Shown here one piece after another: positions 31,001 through 39,888 of a DNA stretch of 64,000 bases (positions are counted from its first letter, which is position 1; every line of letters begins with the position of its first letter). A program made the position numbers and the translations under genes. This stretch comes from an uncultured Owenweeksia sp. (GTDB lineage Bacteria; Bacteroidota; Bacteroidia; Flavobacteriales; Schleiferiaceae), in the NCBI GenBank assembly GCA_964485405.1, contig CAZAJG010000006.1, forward strand, positions 41,466-105,465. Reading direction: 5' to 3'. The notes below the pieces were generated by a model, which saw only the letters and a list, made by a program, of their open reading frames with translations, had not been told where the DNA came from and searched no databases.

Positions 31001-33858
31001 TCTGATGCCGTTAATGTGATGGTATTCGCTCCAACATCTGAACATGAAAAGCTAGTTTGATCAATGCTAAGCGAGCTAATACTGCAATTATCAGCACTTC
31101 CATTGTCTACCATCTGAGCGGTAAGGCTTGCGGTACCGTTTTGATCTAGGTATAAGGTGATGTTTTGCGCTTGAGCAACAGGATTTATCTTGTCTTCAAT
31201 GGTAATAATCACATTGGTTGTGCTTACGTTTCCACTTGGATCTGTTGCACTAAATGTGATGCTATTTGTTCCAATGTGGCTACAATCAAATGCCATTTGA
31301 CTAATCCAAAGGCTATCGATACTACAGTTATCTGCACTACCATTGTTCACCATTTGTGGTGTTAGGGTAGCTTGACCATTTTGATCGATTTGCAATGTTA
31401 AATTTTGCGTTTGAACTGTTGGATTTAGGTTGTCTTCTACAAAAACGGTATCCGTTCCCGTAGTGCTGTTTCCTTCTGTATCCGTGATGGTAATGGTAAC
31501 GATGTTGGTACCAAGATTGCTGCAATCAAAACTGGTTTTACTTACTGTGTAGAAAAGTTGATTAGCGCAATTATCAAAACTACCATTATCCAACTGGCTT
31601 GCTGCAATACTGGCTTGACCTGTAGCGCCTAATTGAACCGTGATAGATTGAGACACTAAGGTAGGACGGATGGTATCTTTTACATCTACTAAGAAAGTAG
31701 TGCTATTCACATTACCACCAGCATCTGTAACCGTTAAGGTTTCCAAGTTTAGCCCTTCATCTCCACAGTTAAATGTGCTTTGACTTAAACTAAAAGTAAG
31801 TGGACTGTTATCTGTACTTCCATTGTCTGCCATTTGAGGCGTGATGCTCACACTTCCGTTCTGATCCAAATAAATGGTTAGGTTTTGAGCTCTGGCAATA
31901 GGTGTTAAAGTATCTAAAACAGTAACTGTAGCCGCGGCCGTAGCACTATTTCCATTTACATCAGTAACGGTTAAAGTAACTAAGTTGTTACCAATCTCAG
32001 AACTATTAAAATCTGTACTATCTAAACTTAAGCTTTGAATACCGCAAGCATCATTACTGCCATTTTCAATATTCATTACAGTAATCTGCGCTTCTCCGTT
32101 TCCATCTAAATAAATGGTATCGTTCTGTGTAAGCACAATTGGTTTAACCGTATCTACCACCATTACCGTAGTGGTGATGCTATCGTTGTTTCCATTTACA
32201 TCAGAAGCATAAAAGGTGATCGTATTTGAACCTATATGTGTACAATTAAAACTGCTTTGGCTTATACTAAGACTAGCTATCCCACAAGAGTCACTAGTTC
32301 CATTATCTACTTGAGCAGCGGTTAAAGCTCCTTGTCCACTGGCATCTAAATAAACTGTTGCGTTTTGTGTGTTTATAGTAGGTCTAATGGTATCTAAAAG
32401 AATAATGGTGCTGGTGCTCATGGCTGTACATCCATTCGCATCTGTAATCGTTACGGTATAGGTTCCACTATCTAAACTGCTGGTTGTAGCTAGTGTATCT
32501 CCATTATTCCATAGATAACTGTAAGGAGCGGTACCTCCACTACCCATAGCCATAATACTTCCATCATTTGCACCCGTACAACTGAGTTGTGTAAGTACGC
32601 TGCTAGATGCCGCTAAAGTTGTGGGCTCTGTTACCACAACGCTATCCATTGCCGTACATCCATTTGCATCCGTAATCGTAACTGTATAGGTTCCAATAGA
32701 GAGGTTGTTGCTGGTTGCTATCGTATCTCCATTACTCCAACTGTAAGAGAAAGGAGCAGTACCTCCTGTAACTTGAGTACTTATGCTCGCATCCGACAAA
32801 CCGTTGCAACTCACCTGATTGTTTACTAAAGCGTCTACCACAAGTGAATCAGGTTGTTGCACACTGAAGGTTCTGGTAATAGAGCAATTGAAATTGTCTG
32901 TAACGGTAACAGTGTAACTTCCAGCAGCTAGGTTTGTTGGATCTTGTATAGAATCTCCATCACTCCAGCTGTAACTGTAAGGTAAAGCTCCACCAGAGAT
33001 GCTCATATCAATAGCACCGCTTGCTGTTCCAAAGCAAGTGGCGTTTGAGATGGAAACAGAATCCAGTTGAAGGCTATCGGGTACATGAATTTCGATTACG
33101 TTACTGTAAGCGGAGTCACCACAAGTTTGATCTACTACTAATCTTCTAAAAAACAAGGTGTCGGTTAAGGTCAAACCGTAGTCGTAATCGATCGAATCAA
33201 ATTGTCCTACTGCATTAGCCCAAGTACTCCCCATATCGCTGGATTGCTCCCATATGTAGGTATAGGTTCCGGAGCCTCCCGTTGCCGAATCGGTGCTGTT
33301 AAATGCGGGCGGAGTATCTCCGTAGCAAATCCCAATTACCTCACTACCTGCTTCCAATACTAGATTATACTCTTCTACTTCACCATAGGTTTGTTGCCCA
33401 CATGGACTGCTAGGAATACTATTGTATGAACAACGAACCCTAATTCGATAGGTACCGCCAGCCTGAGTAGTTGGAATTTGAATGGTTCCCGTGTTTAACT
33501 GGGTGCTCCAGGAAGGAGAAGTCCAAACTTGTTCCCCGGTATCTTCAAAATCAAAATCTTGATTCCAGTCTATCCAGATTACAATTCCTTGACTAAAAGT
33601 AGGACCGGATTGTACTTGAAAATCAAAGCTTCCTCCAATTTCAGCGGTAACGGCTTGTATGCTATCATAGCTGTAATTACCCGTGCTACAGCCCGAGTTA
33701 AGGTTGCTGATGTTAGTTGAACCACCAGAAGTGGAAAAGTTAACAATTTGGTCTCCAAACGAGCAACCAAAACTAGTTTGAGGCACACAGTAAGTCTGTG
33801 CTCCTATCTGTAGGCTTGCTGTTAATAAAAGACTTAAGGTAGCTATAAGTTGTCTCAT
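28066..33858 (-). CDS. 1930-aa cell-surface protein: signal peptide, GEVED-like domain, SprB repeats, ~13 HYR-like 80-aa repeats, 5 HYR domains, T9SS type A C-terminal sorting domain
   Basis: Signal peptide MRQLIATLSLLLTASLQIGAQ and ...CGQQTYGEVEEYNLV (GEVED motif). SprB-type repeats (SCNG..DGSI...GGTAPYSYSW..G......L..GTYTVTITDANGC). Repeats with the DNGS-DNC core. HYR-like units (DT.SPVITG.P.......C.A.VSWTAPTA.DNC...). The C-terminal LSIYPNPTNGRVTIDL...ATYFMQINGQQHVVVRKIIIQ is a Por secretion tail. Confidence 0.88.
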   Translation of the reverse strand: MRQLIATLSLLLTASLQIGAQTYCVPQTSFGCSFGDQIVNFSTSGGSTNISNLNSGCSTGNYSYDSIQAVTAEIGGSFDFQVQSGPTFSQGIVIWIDWNQDFDFEDTGEQVWTSPSWSTQLNTGTIQIPTTQAGGTYRIRVRCSYNSIPSSPCGQQTYGEVEEYNLVLEAGSEVIGICYGDTPPAFNSTDSATGGSGTYTYIWEQSSDMGSTWANAVGQFDSIDYDYGLTLTDTLFFRRLVVDQTCGDSAYSNVIEIHVPDSLQLDSVSISNATCFGTASGAIDMSISGGALPYSYSWSDGDSIQDPTNLAAGSYTVTVTDNFNCSITRTFSVQQPDSLVVDALVNNQVSCNGLSDASISTQVTGGTAPFSYSWSNGDTIATSNNLSIGTYTVTITDANGCTAMDSVVVTEPTTLAASSSVLTQLSCTGANDGSIMAMGSGGTAPYSYLWNNGDTLATTSSLDSGTYTVTITDANGCTAMSTSTIILLDTIRPTINTQNATVYLDASGQGALTAAQVDNGTSDSCGIASLSISQSSFNCTHIGSNTITFYASDVNGNNDSITTTVMVVDTVKPIVLTQNDTIYLDGNGEAQITVMNIENGSNDACGIQSLSLDSTDFNSSEIGNNLVTLTVTDVNGNSATAAATVTVLDTLTPIARAQNLTIYLDQNGSVSITPQMADNGSTDNSPLTFSLSQSTFNCGDEGLNLETLTVTDAGGNVNSTTFLVDVKDTIRPTLVSQSITVQLGATGQASIAASQLDNGSFDNCANQLFYTVSKTSFDCSNLGTNIVTITITDTEGNSTTGTDTVFVEDNLNPTVQTQNLTLQIDQNGQATLTPQMVNNGSADNCSIDSLWISQMAFDCSHIGTNSITFSATDPSGNVSTTNVIITIEDKINPVAQAQNITLYLDQNGTASLTAQMVDNGSADNCSISSLSIDQTSFSCSDVGANTITLTASDPTGNSNTSTATITVLDTNKPMVITQNLTLQLDQNGAASITPQMVDNGSTDNCGIQSMTLDQSSFNCNDLNGPVMITLTVTDNNGNVQTQTAQITLEDQMAPIAQAQNVTVYLDANGSATLTPQMVNNGSSDNCSIDSLWISQTAFDCSHIGTNGITLSVEDPSGNLTTTNATITVEDTTRPTVVTQNVSLYLDANGSASLTAQMVDNGSADNCSISSLSIDQTSFTCSDAGANTITLNVVDSSGNNNTSTAIITVLDTNKPVVITQNLTVQLGQNGSASITPQMVDNGSTDNCTIQSMTLDQTSFSCSDLNNPITVTLTVTDNSGNVQTQTAQITVEDQIAPIAQSQNLTVYLGANGTATITPQMVDNGSNDNCAIDSLNLDISVFDCADLGQNLIILTVTDSSGNSSTANAFITILDTVKPTIDNLPSTITAYATANQCATTVQWPTLTASDNCNSTFINTSQINGGLFNIGTTTVLVNAFDASGNTITQNFDVIVLDTVSPVITGLPFAFNTMPNANTCDAQVSWTAPTAFDNCGTATLTSTHNPGATFPVGTTTVTYTATDGDGNSSTASFTVTVNDVIDPTINNTPANITQTADAGTCGALINFTAPTVTDNCTGATLASSHTSGSVFPVGTTTVSYTATDGAGNTTQTSFDITITDDEKPIVLSVPANDTVGPCNAAYVYPLPTASDNCGNITVTQLNGLPSGNVFPIGITQNTFRISDDSGNDTVVSFTIVIVPQGQPQLPNLLEICENAPAVDIALGQNIQWSGNGVVNQTVFNPFQAGFGRHTLSYQFTDDQGCVATGSISVTVLPVPIDPVIVQIASTTLSTQGGYASYQWYKDGQILNGETGPTLNYSTAGNYQVIVGNVNGCQVFGEGFVVGNSGGGIGLEENLLSKLSIYPNPTNGRVTIDLNQFIEQDITISLHSIDGKELLQRELRSNEEGRLELDLSHLPRATYFMQINGQQHVVVRKIIIQ
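29746..31431 (-). repeat. in-frame higher-order tandem repeat: 3-domain, 723-bp unit, x2 plus one extra 240-bp domain
   Basis: Domain order is C0 (31431-31192), A1-B1-C1 (31191-30469), A2-B2-C2 (30468-29746). Equivalent domains are roughly 80-90% identical at DNA level by eye. For example, ASLTAQMVDNGSADNCSISSLSIDQTSF is identical in A1 and A2. Confidence 0.85.
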
Positions 33859-33901
33859 CGTTGTTGATTTTGTGCTACAATATTGTGGTTAAGTAAATTG
33901 A

Positions 33902-36900
33902 CTAAGGTTTTTTTCCGCTAACGGTTCCTCCACTAAGCCCTACTGGCTCGGTGAGTATTACATTGCTCTGCTGAATGGTACAACCATTGGCATCTGTTAC
34001 CGTAAGGGTGTAGGTGCCTGCTGATAAACTTGTATTTCCATTTGTTGTGTTGCTTCCATCGTTCCAGCTATAAGTATATGGCGATTGACCTCCACTGACA
34101 TTTACAGTTGCAGAACCATCATTGCCTCCACTACAGCTTGGATTAACTGTACTTATAGAATCAATGCTTAAGGCAAGAGGTTGCGTAATAGTAGCACTGC
34201 TCGTTGCCGTACAACCGTTGGCATCGGTAATCGTTACATTGTAAGTTCCTGCGGCCACTCCCGTAATGCTGGCCGTTGTTGCCGTATTACTCCACAAATA
34301 GGTATATGGGGCTGTGCCGCCTGTGCCAGAGGCAGTTGCTCCGCCATCTAAAAATCCATTGCAACTTGCATTACTATCTACTATTGAAGCGGCATTTAAT
34401 ACTGCTGGCTCGGTAATAGTAGTACTGCTTGTTGCTGTACAACCGTTGGCATCTGTAATTGTTACATTGTAAGTTCCTGCGGCCACTCCCGTAATGCTGG
34501 CCGTTGTTGCCGTATTACTCCACAAATAGGTATATGGGGCTGTGCCGCCTGTGCCAGAGGCAGTTGCTCCGCCATCTAAAAATCCATTGCAACTTGCATT
34601 ACTATCTACTATTGAAGCGGCATTTAATACTGCTGGCTCCGTAATGGTAATACTATCTGTTGCTGTTGCCCCTAAATTGTCCGTAACGGTAACTGTGTAC
34701 GTTCCAGCTGTTACTCCTGTAATGCTAGCTGTTGTTGCGTTATTACTCCATGAATAAGTATATGGAGCTGTGCCTCCCGAACCTGAAGCCGTTGCGCCTC
34801 CATCCGAAAAACCATTGCAACTCACATTACTATCCACTACTGCTGATGCTGAAAATGAATTTATGGTTACCGAAGTTGAAGCCGTATCTGAACAGCCGGT
34901 AACGGTATCTGTAATGGTTAATTGAACCGTAAATGTTCCAAATGTGGTATAGCTATGAATGGGGTTTTGAAGTGTGGAACTATTTCCATCTCCAAAACTC
35001 CAAAGCCAAGTATCTGGCAATGTGCTTTGATCCATAAAGGTTACTAAGTGAGGTATACTTGAACCTGTATTTGGACTTGAGGTAAAGTCTGCAATAGGCT
35101 TAGTCTGACTGGTAATTGTGATCGAAGCTGTGTCAGAGCATCCATTGCCATCGGTAATCGTAACCGAATACATTCCAGCATCAACTCCAGTAATACTTGC
35201 CGTAGTATCCCCATTATCCCATAAATAAGCATAAGGAGCTGTGCCACCAGAAGCCGATGCAGTTGCTGCTCCTTTGCTTAAGCAGGTTTCGTTATTATCA
35301 ACCACAGCTGATGCTGCAAGCGCTGCTGGTTCTGTAATGGTAATGCTATCCGTATCTGTAAGGCCGCTGCTATCTGTAACCGTTACCGTATATGTTCCGG
35401 CTACCACTCCCGTAATGCTAGCTGTTGTTGCGCTATTACTCCATGCATAAGTATATGGAGCTGTTCCACCGCTTGTAGAAGCTGTTGCCCCACCATCTGA
35501 AAAACCATTGCAACTCACATTGGAGTCAACTACTAAACTAAGAACAGGCACATTCACACAACCGCTATCTGCTGACCCTGGTGAACCAAATACGCTCTTC
35601 CCATTTATAAGCAAACCACTAACCTGATTGCCAGAAAGACTCCAATTTGCACCATCCGTATTATCTGAAGTGTGATCACATAAAACTATGGTATACCCGT
35701 CACCATCTGCCTCAATAGGCCAAGGTGAATTATCATCGTATCTCAAAGAATCAATAAATTCACCAGAGCCACTTCTTAACGCTATAGGTTCTCCGCCATT
35801 ACTCAAACCGCCTGATTGCCATTGCAGAACGGATGATACTCCAAAACGATTTTGCATCGCTACCGAATCCCCCGCTACCACTAAATAAGATTCTGCAGCA
35901 ATGGAAACATTTGGAAAGGTGTAAACTACCCCACTGGTGAAAGAATATCCGGTTAAATCTATAGCTATATTTCCATAATTGTATAGTTCAATGAATTCCG
36001 TAGTGTCCGCGCCAGATTCAGGTGGATTGTATGAAATCTCCGTAATCACAATTGTGGGTGCTACTGGCTCTGTAATCGTAGTTGTTCCAGAAGTTGTGCA
36101 GCCGTTTCCATCCGTAACTGTTAATGAATAACTCCCTGGTGCGAGTCCTGTTAAAGTTGCTGTAGTGCCGCTGTTACTCCATGCATAAGTATAAGGCGTT
36201 GAACCTCCCGTTACGGTTGCTTCCACTGCTCCATCGCTTGCCACAGCTGAACTTGCATTGCTATTTACCGTTATCACTAGGTTTAAGCTCGCGGGCTGAC
36301 TCACAGTTGCGCTCGACATTCCGCTAACACTATCTACACTGGTTACGGTTACACTATATGTTCCTGCCGTTAGTCCGGTAATACTGGCTGTGGTTGCTCC
36401 ATTACTCCATAAATAGGTGTAAGGAGCTGTTCCACCACTTGGCGAAGCGGTTAAACCTCCGTCTAAAAAGCCATTACAACTTACATTGCTATCCACAACA
36501 ACAGAAACCGTTAGCGAAGGCGTACAAGATGAACCATCCGTTACATTAAAAGTGTCGACTACCGCAAAAAAGTCTTTACTCAAAGTAGCTACGTACGCTC
36601 CACTTGAAGCGTATGAAAAGGCGTATGGATTATCACTACCTACAGATGAACCATTGTGATTTACATTAAAACTAAAGTGGCCTGTAGCATCAAAAGAAGA
36701 AATAGCCACTAATGAATCTTTGTTTACAATAGAGGAAGTAGAAAGTGAACCGTGTAAATTGTTTCCACTGTAATCTCTCAGCATCTTAACACCATCGTTG
36801 CAAAGTGCATTCGCAGGATAATACGAGACTAAACTGCTGTACTTGTTGTGCGTATTATTTATTGCAGCATTCATAATCTGCTTAACATCATTAGTATCCA

Positions 36901-39595
36901 GTACTTCTTTCCAAATGGATACTTCGGTAATTTCTCCATCAAAAAAGTTACTTGGTGTAGAACTGTCAAACTCTTGCCCAATGGATACTCTGCTGGTAGC
37001 GGAGATGGATTGGCCATTGCTAAAAGTGTTAGCGGCAACCCCATCCACATAAAAGGTGGTTAAGTTGGAACCTTCATTATAGGTGTATCCCACAAAGTGC
37101 CATTTGCCATCCGTTACAACCACACCAGAGTTGCGATTATTACCTCCATCATTTATCCAAAGTTGCTCATTGGTAGCAATACCAAAATTGGTCACGGTAC
37201 CAGATCCGCTCGTGTTTATCCCTAGTAATACTTGCTGGCTTCCTGATATTTGGCCCGCTGCACGCATCCACATAAACACCGATCGATTGGTATTTATTAA
37301 GCTGTCTTCCACATTATCAAGTGCTACCCACTCGGAGTTGGATTTAACAAAGTTCATGCTTGAGGCTAGATTGGTGCTCATGCTTCCTTTCACTGTATCG
37401 CCTGTGCAAGCGGTTGTATCGGAAATATTGGATTGTGCATAAGCCTTGTAGTTTAAGGCTAAATCAATGTAAACAATACTGTCTCCGCCCGCACTCTTAC
37501 TTAGTGTATCAATGTACACTCCACTGCTGGTGTAGGTATTTCCTGCCGGAGAAGAATAGCTTGCTGCATCGCAAACCTGAACGCTGATCGAGTTACAGTT
37601 TACACCAACATTGGTTGCAGAGATAAAGTTTGAAGTGCTTCCTGTAAGCGCAAAACTGTTAAGTGTTCCATCAAAATCATTCCCAGATAAATCATTAAGG
37701 GTATTTATGGAGGTATTCGTTCCAGCTGCGGTTCCTTGATTGGCCGTATAATACCCAACCAGGTTGCTGTCTGATTCCGGATTCATCACCTCGCAATAGC
37801 GATTATCCGCAATTTGCTGGGCACTTTTTACGGTCTTCCAAATGCGAACCTCATTTAAAGCTCCTTTAAAAAATTCACTTCTAGAAGAACCATCAAACTC
37901 TTGGCCTAAGCTCCAGCGGTTGGTGGTTCCAAAGTTTATAGTTCCTGCAGCATGAGTTGCATAAAGCTGCCCATCGATGTACATCTTCAGTTCACCAGAT
38001 GCGTAACTTATGGCAACATGATGCCATTGGTCATCTCTTAAATCGATTCCGGTAGCCAAAGAGCTATTGCTTCCATCATATAGACTCAATACTCCATCAT
38101 CAACACGAAATAGCAGGATGGTACCAGTACCTGTTGTATTAACCGCTAAAATGTGATCGTTTCCAGATTGTGTATTATCCGCGTTAATCCATGATTCAAT
38201 AGTCCATCCACTAACGCCAGCCATTTCTGAGGCCACACCATTAATACTAACATAATCGTTGCTCCCATCAAAATGTAAAGCGTTTCTGGCCGCTCCCTCA
38301 CCTGTAATAGTGAAGGTGAATGGATTTTCATTGGCATCGTTGTTTGCTATAGAAACAGTCGCTGTATGAAATCCATCTGCCGTTGGAGTAAATGTAATAC
38401 TGAAGCTTGCCGTATCTCCCGGAAGTATGTTGGCATTCGGGCTACTTTGTAAAGAGAACTGACTACTCCCGGAAATACTCACCAATGGGCTGGCACTCAG
38501 CTCCAATGTATCTGTTCCTTCGTTTACAATAGAAAACGTTCGGGTAACTGAAAATGTATTACTTACAATGGCTCCAAAATCCGTTAAATCTGCAGTAGAA
38601 GGTGAGGCATCATTATTATTGATGGAATTACCGTTACCCAGCACCTTTATTTCTGGCTCTGTTCCAGCACCATTTAGAGTTATCGATGTGGTAGCGCTAC
38701 AAACGGTATCATTAAATGGAATATCTATACTAGCCGTTCTACTTCCTGCAGCTGCTGGAGAAGAAATAACTTTAATTAAGGCAGAATCTCCAACTGCTAG
38801 ATTAGAATCCGTTGGTACAGTTAATAGGCTAAACTCAGCTGCGTTTGTTCCTGAAATAGCAATAGCGCTTATATCAAGCACTACATCCTCTGATCGATTA
38901 TTTTTTACATAAAACTCTGCTGTGTCCGACTGTCCATTAAACTCAACCGCATCAAAATTGATGGAGGAAGGAGCAGTTAAAGGCGAGCAGGCCTCCGCAA
39001 ATTCAAATACTAAATCATGGACCCCTCCAACCCCTAAATTACCGGCTTGTTGATTTCCAGTAAAAACCAATAGGTAATAATCACCTGCGGGGAAATACCC
39101 CGCCTGCGTGGAAGGAGCGTTAAAATCATATACAGCCTCAAACGCTGTAGGCACTAGGTTTCTATTCCCTACACTTCCACTTTCCCAGCCCCTAAAACCT
39201 CTTCCCAACTGACAGGTATCTCTAAATCCACAAAAGTTCCCTATTGCAGCAGATACATACGTTAAATCACTAAAAGAGCTGGGGTTGCTCACAGTAGAAT
39301 AGTAAGCAATAAGACTATTGGCAAGTGGTGTGAAATTTTCCATAGTCACCCGGAGAGCGCCAGCGGATGGAAGCACAACTTTATACACATAGGTAGAACA
39401 ACAAGGTAGGTTTGGGCAAGCTCCTTGCATACCTGTTGCCGTAACCCCATCATCCGTATTCACATTGGTTTCAATGTGGGGGAAACTATTAATAACGATA
39501 GGATTATCTACTGAATATTGAGCATAAGCGCTGTGGCTGAGCAGCAAAGCGATAATCACAAAACAAAATGAAAAGCCCGTAGCTATTTTTTTCAT
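33902..39595 (-). CDS. 1897-aa secreted mosaic protein: Ig-like/ASH-type domains, 2 LamG (concanavalin-like) domains, lamin-tail domain, PKD domain, ~9 SprB repeats; no C-terminal sorting domain
   Basis: Signal peptide MKKIATGFSFCFVIIALLLSHSAYAQ. LamG-like blocks (LHFDGSNDYVSI...WHHVAISY...LNEVRIWK and MNFVKSNSEWVAL...WHFVGYTY...ITEVSIWK). LTD-like ITEISYNPPESGADTTEFIELYN. PKD-like WSFGDGNSS...HSYTTFGTFTVQLTITD. SprB repeats (VDSNVSCNGFSDGGATAS.SGGTAPYTY.WSN.ATTASITGV.AGTYTVTVTD). Ends ...LTEPVGLSGGTVSGKKP with neither a type A nor a type B CTD. Confidence 0.85.
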   Translation of the reverse strand: MKKIATGFSFCFVIIALLLSHSAYAQYSVDNPIVINSFPHIETNVNTDDGVTATGMQGACPNLPCCSTYVYKVVLPSAGALRVTMENFTPLANSLIAYYSTVSNPSSFSDLTYVSAAIGNFCGFRDTCQLGRGFRGWESGSVGNRNLVPTAFEAVYDFNAPSTQAGYFPAGDYYLLVFTGNQQAGNLGVGGVHDLVFEFAEACSPLTAPSSINFDAVEFNGQSDTAEFYVKNNRSEDVVLDISAIAISGTNAAEFSLLTVPTDSNLAVGDSALIKVISSPAAAGSRTASIDIPFNDTVCSATTSITLNGAGTEPEIKVLGNGNSINNNDASPSTADLTDFGAIVSNTFSVTRTFSIVNEGTDTLELSASPLVSISGSSQFSLQSSPNANILPGDTASFSITFTPTADGFHTATVSIANNDANENPFTFTITGEGAARNALHFDGSNDYVSINGVASEMAGVSGWTIESWINADNTQSGNDHILAVNTTGTGTILLFRVDDGVLSLYDGSNSSLATGIDLRDDQWHHVAISYASGELKMYIDGQLYATHAAGTINFGTTNRWSLGQEFDGSSRSEFFKGALNEVRIWKTVKSAQQIADNRYCEVMNPESDSNLVGYYTANQGTAAGTNTSINTLNDLSGNDFDGTLNSFALTGSTSNFISATNVGVNCNSISVQVCDAASYSSPAGNTYTSSGVYIDTLSKSAGGDSIVYIDLALNYKAYAQSNISDTTACTGDTVKGSMSTNLASSMNFVKSNSEWVALDNVEDSLINTNRSVFMWMRAAGQISGSQQVLLGINTSGSGTVTNFGIATNEQLWINDGGNNRNSGVVVTDGKWHFVGYTYNEGSNLTTFYVDGVAANTFSNGQSISATSRVSIGQEFDSSTPSNFFDGEITEVSIWKEVLDTNDVKQIMNAAINNTHNKYSSLVSYYPANALCNDGVKMLRDYSGNNLHGSLSTSSIVNKDSLVAISSFDATGHFSFNVNHNGSSVGSDNPYAFSYASSGAYVATLSKDFFAVVDTFNVTDGSSCTPSLTVSVVVDSNVSCNGFLDGGLTASPSGGTAPYTYLWSNGATTASITGLTAGTYSVTVTSVDSVSGMSSATVSQPASLNLVITVNSNASSAVASDGAVEATVTGGSTPYTYAWSNSGTTATLTGLAPGSYSLTVTDGNGCTTSGTTTITEPVAPTIVITEISYNPPESGADTTEFIELYNYGNIAIDLTGYSFTSGVVYTFPNVSIAAESYLVVAGDSVAMQNRFGVSSVLQWQSGGLSNGGEPIALRSGSGEFIDSLRYDDNSPWPIEADGDGYTIVLCDHTSDNTDGANWSLSGNQVSGLLINGKSVFGSPGSADSGCVNVPVLSLVVDSNVSCNGFSDGGATASTSGGTAPYTYAWSNSATTASITGVVAGTYTVTVTDSSGLTDTDSITITEPAALAASAVVDNNETCLSKGAATASASGGTAPYAYLWDNGDTTASITGVDAGMYSVTITDGNGCSDTASITITSQTKPIADFTSSPNTGSSIPHLVTFMDQSTLPDTWLWSFGDGNSSTLQNPIHSYTTFGTFTVQLTITDTVTGCSDTASTSVTINSFSASAVVDSNVSCNGFSDGGATASGSGGTAPYTYSWSNNATTASITGVTAGTYTVTVTDNLGATATDSITITEPAVLNAASIVDSNASCNGFLDGGATASGTGGTAPYTYLWSNTATTASITGVAAGTYNVTITDANGCTATSSTTITEPAVLNAASIVDSNASCNGFLDGGATASGTGGTAPYTYLWSNTATTASITGVAAGTYNVTITDANGCTATSSATITQPLALSIDSISTVNPSCSGGNDGSATVNVSGGQSPYTYSWNDGSNTTNGNTSLSAGTYTLTVTDANGCTIQQSNVILTEPVGLSGGTVSGKKP
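34185..34640 (-). repeat. near-identical 228-bp (76-codon) tandem duplication of one SprB repeat
   Basis: Copy 1 (34185-34412) and copy 2 (34413-34640) differ at about 6 positions. 34243-34411 matches 34471-34639 perfectly (169 bp). The next repeat upstream is only about 75% identical. Confidence 0.9.
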
Positions 39596-39858
39596 TTACA
39601 GTGGTTTTTGTTTCAAATTTGGTTTTAACATACCTATTCCAAAAACCACCGATTGCTCGGAAACCAGTTGTGATATAGGTATATTGATTCAACCTTCCTC
39701 AGAAAGCACAAACCCTATTGCAGGCTTGTCTTCTTAAAAAAGTATGCTTGTTTAAAAAGTTGTTTGGCAATTGTAAATGAAAGGCTAAGCGCGGATGTTT
39801 TCTCTCCCTTGAAACCCTGTTTAATCGTCTCTAGATTTACACAAAGCGTTGTTGTTCA

Positions 39859-39888
39859 ATCTTCCCTTCCCGGATCTTCCCTTTCCGG
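39859..39888. promoter_or_regulatory. tandem 15-bp direct repeat in the leader of the giant-protein operon
   Basis: ATCTTCCCTTCCCGG followed by ATCTTCCCTTTCCGG (14/15 identical), 265-295 nt upstream of ATG 39595. A regulatory function is only inferred. Confidence 0.3.

Noticed and set aside
33859-33912. Possibility that the two giant genes are one gene split by a frameshift at the A7 tract (33905-33911)
   Set aside because: I translated both alternative frames. A6 gives a stop after 6 codons. A8 runs to a TGA overlapping the downstream ATG but in a different frame. The downstream gene also starts with its own signal peptide.
34542-38912. Plus-strand ORFs of 60-119 aa inside the 1897-aa gene (e.g. 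37083..37442, 38568..38912, 34542..34757, 35241..35450)
   Set aside because: They are antisense to a continuous 5.7-kb ORF with clear domain content. Their low-complexity Ala/Val/Pro/Leu composition mirrors the Thr/Gly/Ser-rich repeats. They are typical antisense artefacts.
28066-39595. Strong sequence periodicity (about 228-243 bp) that could be mistaken for a repeat array or CRISPR
   Set aside because: The repeats are in frame inside two very long ORFs and encode SprB/HYR-like domains. There is no short-repeat/unique-spacer structure and no cas gene.
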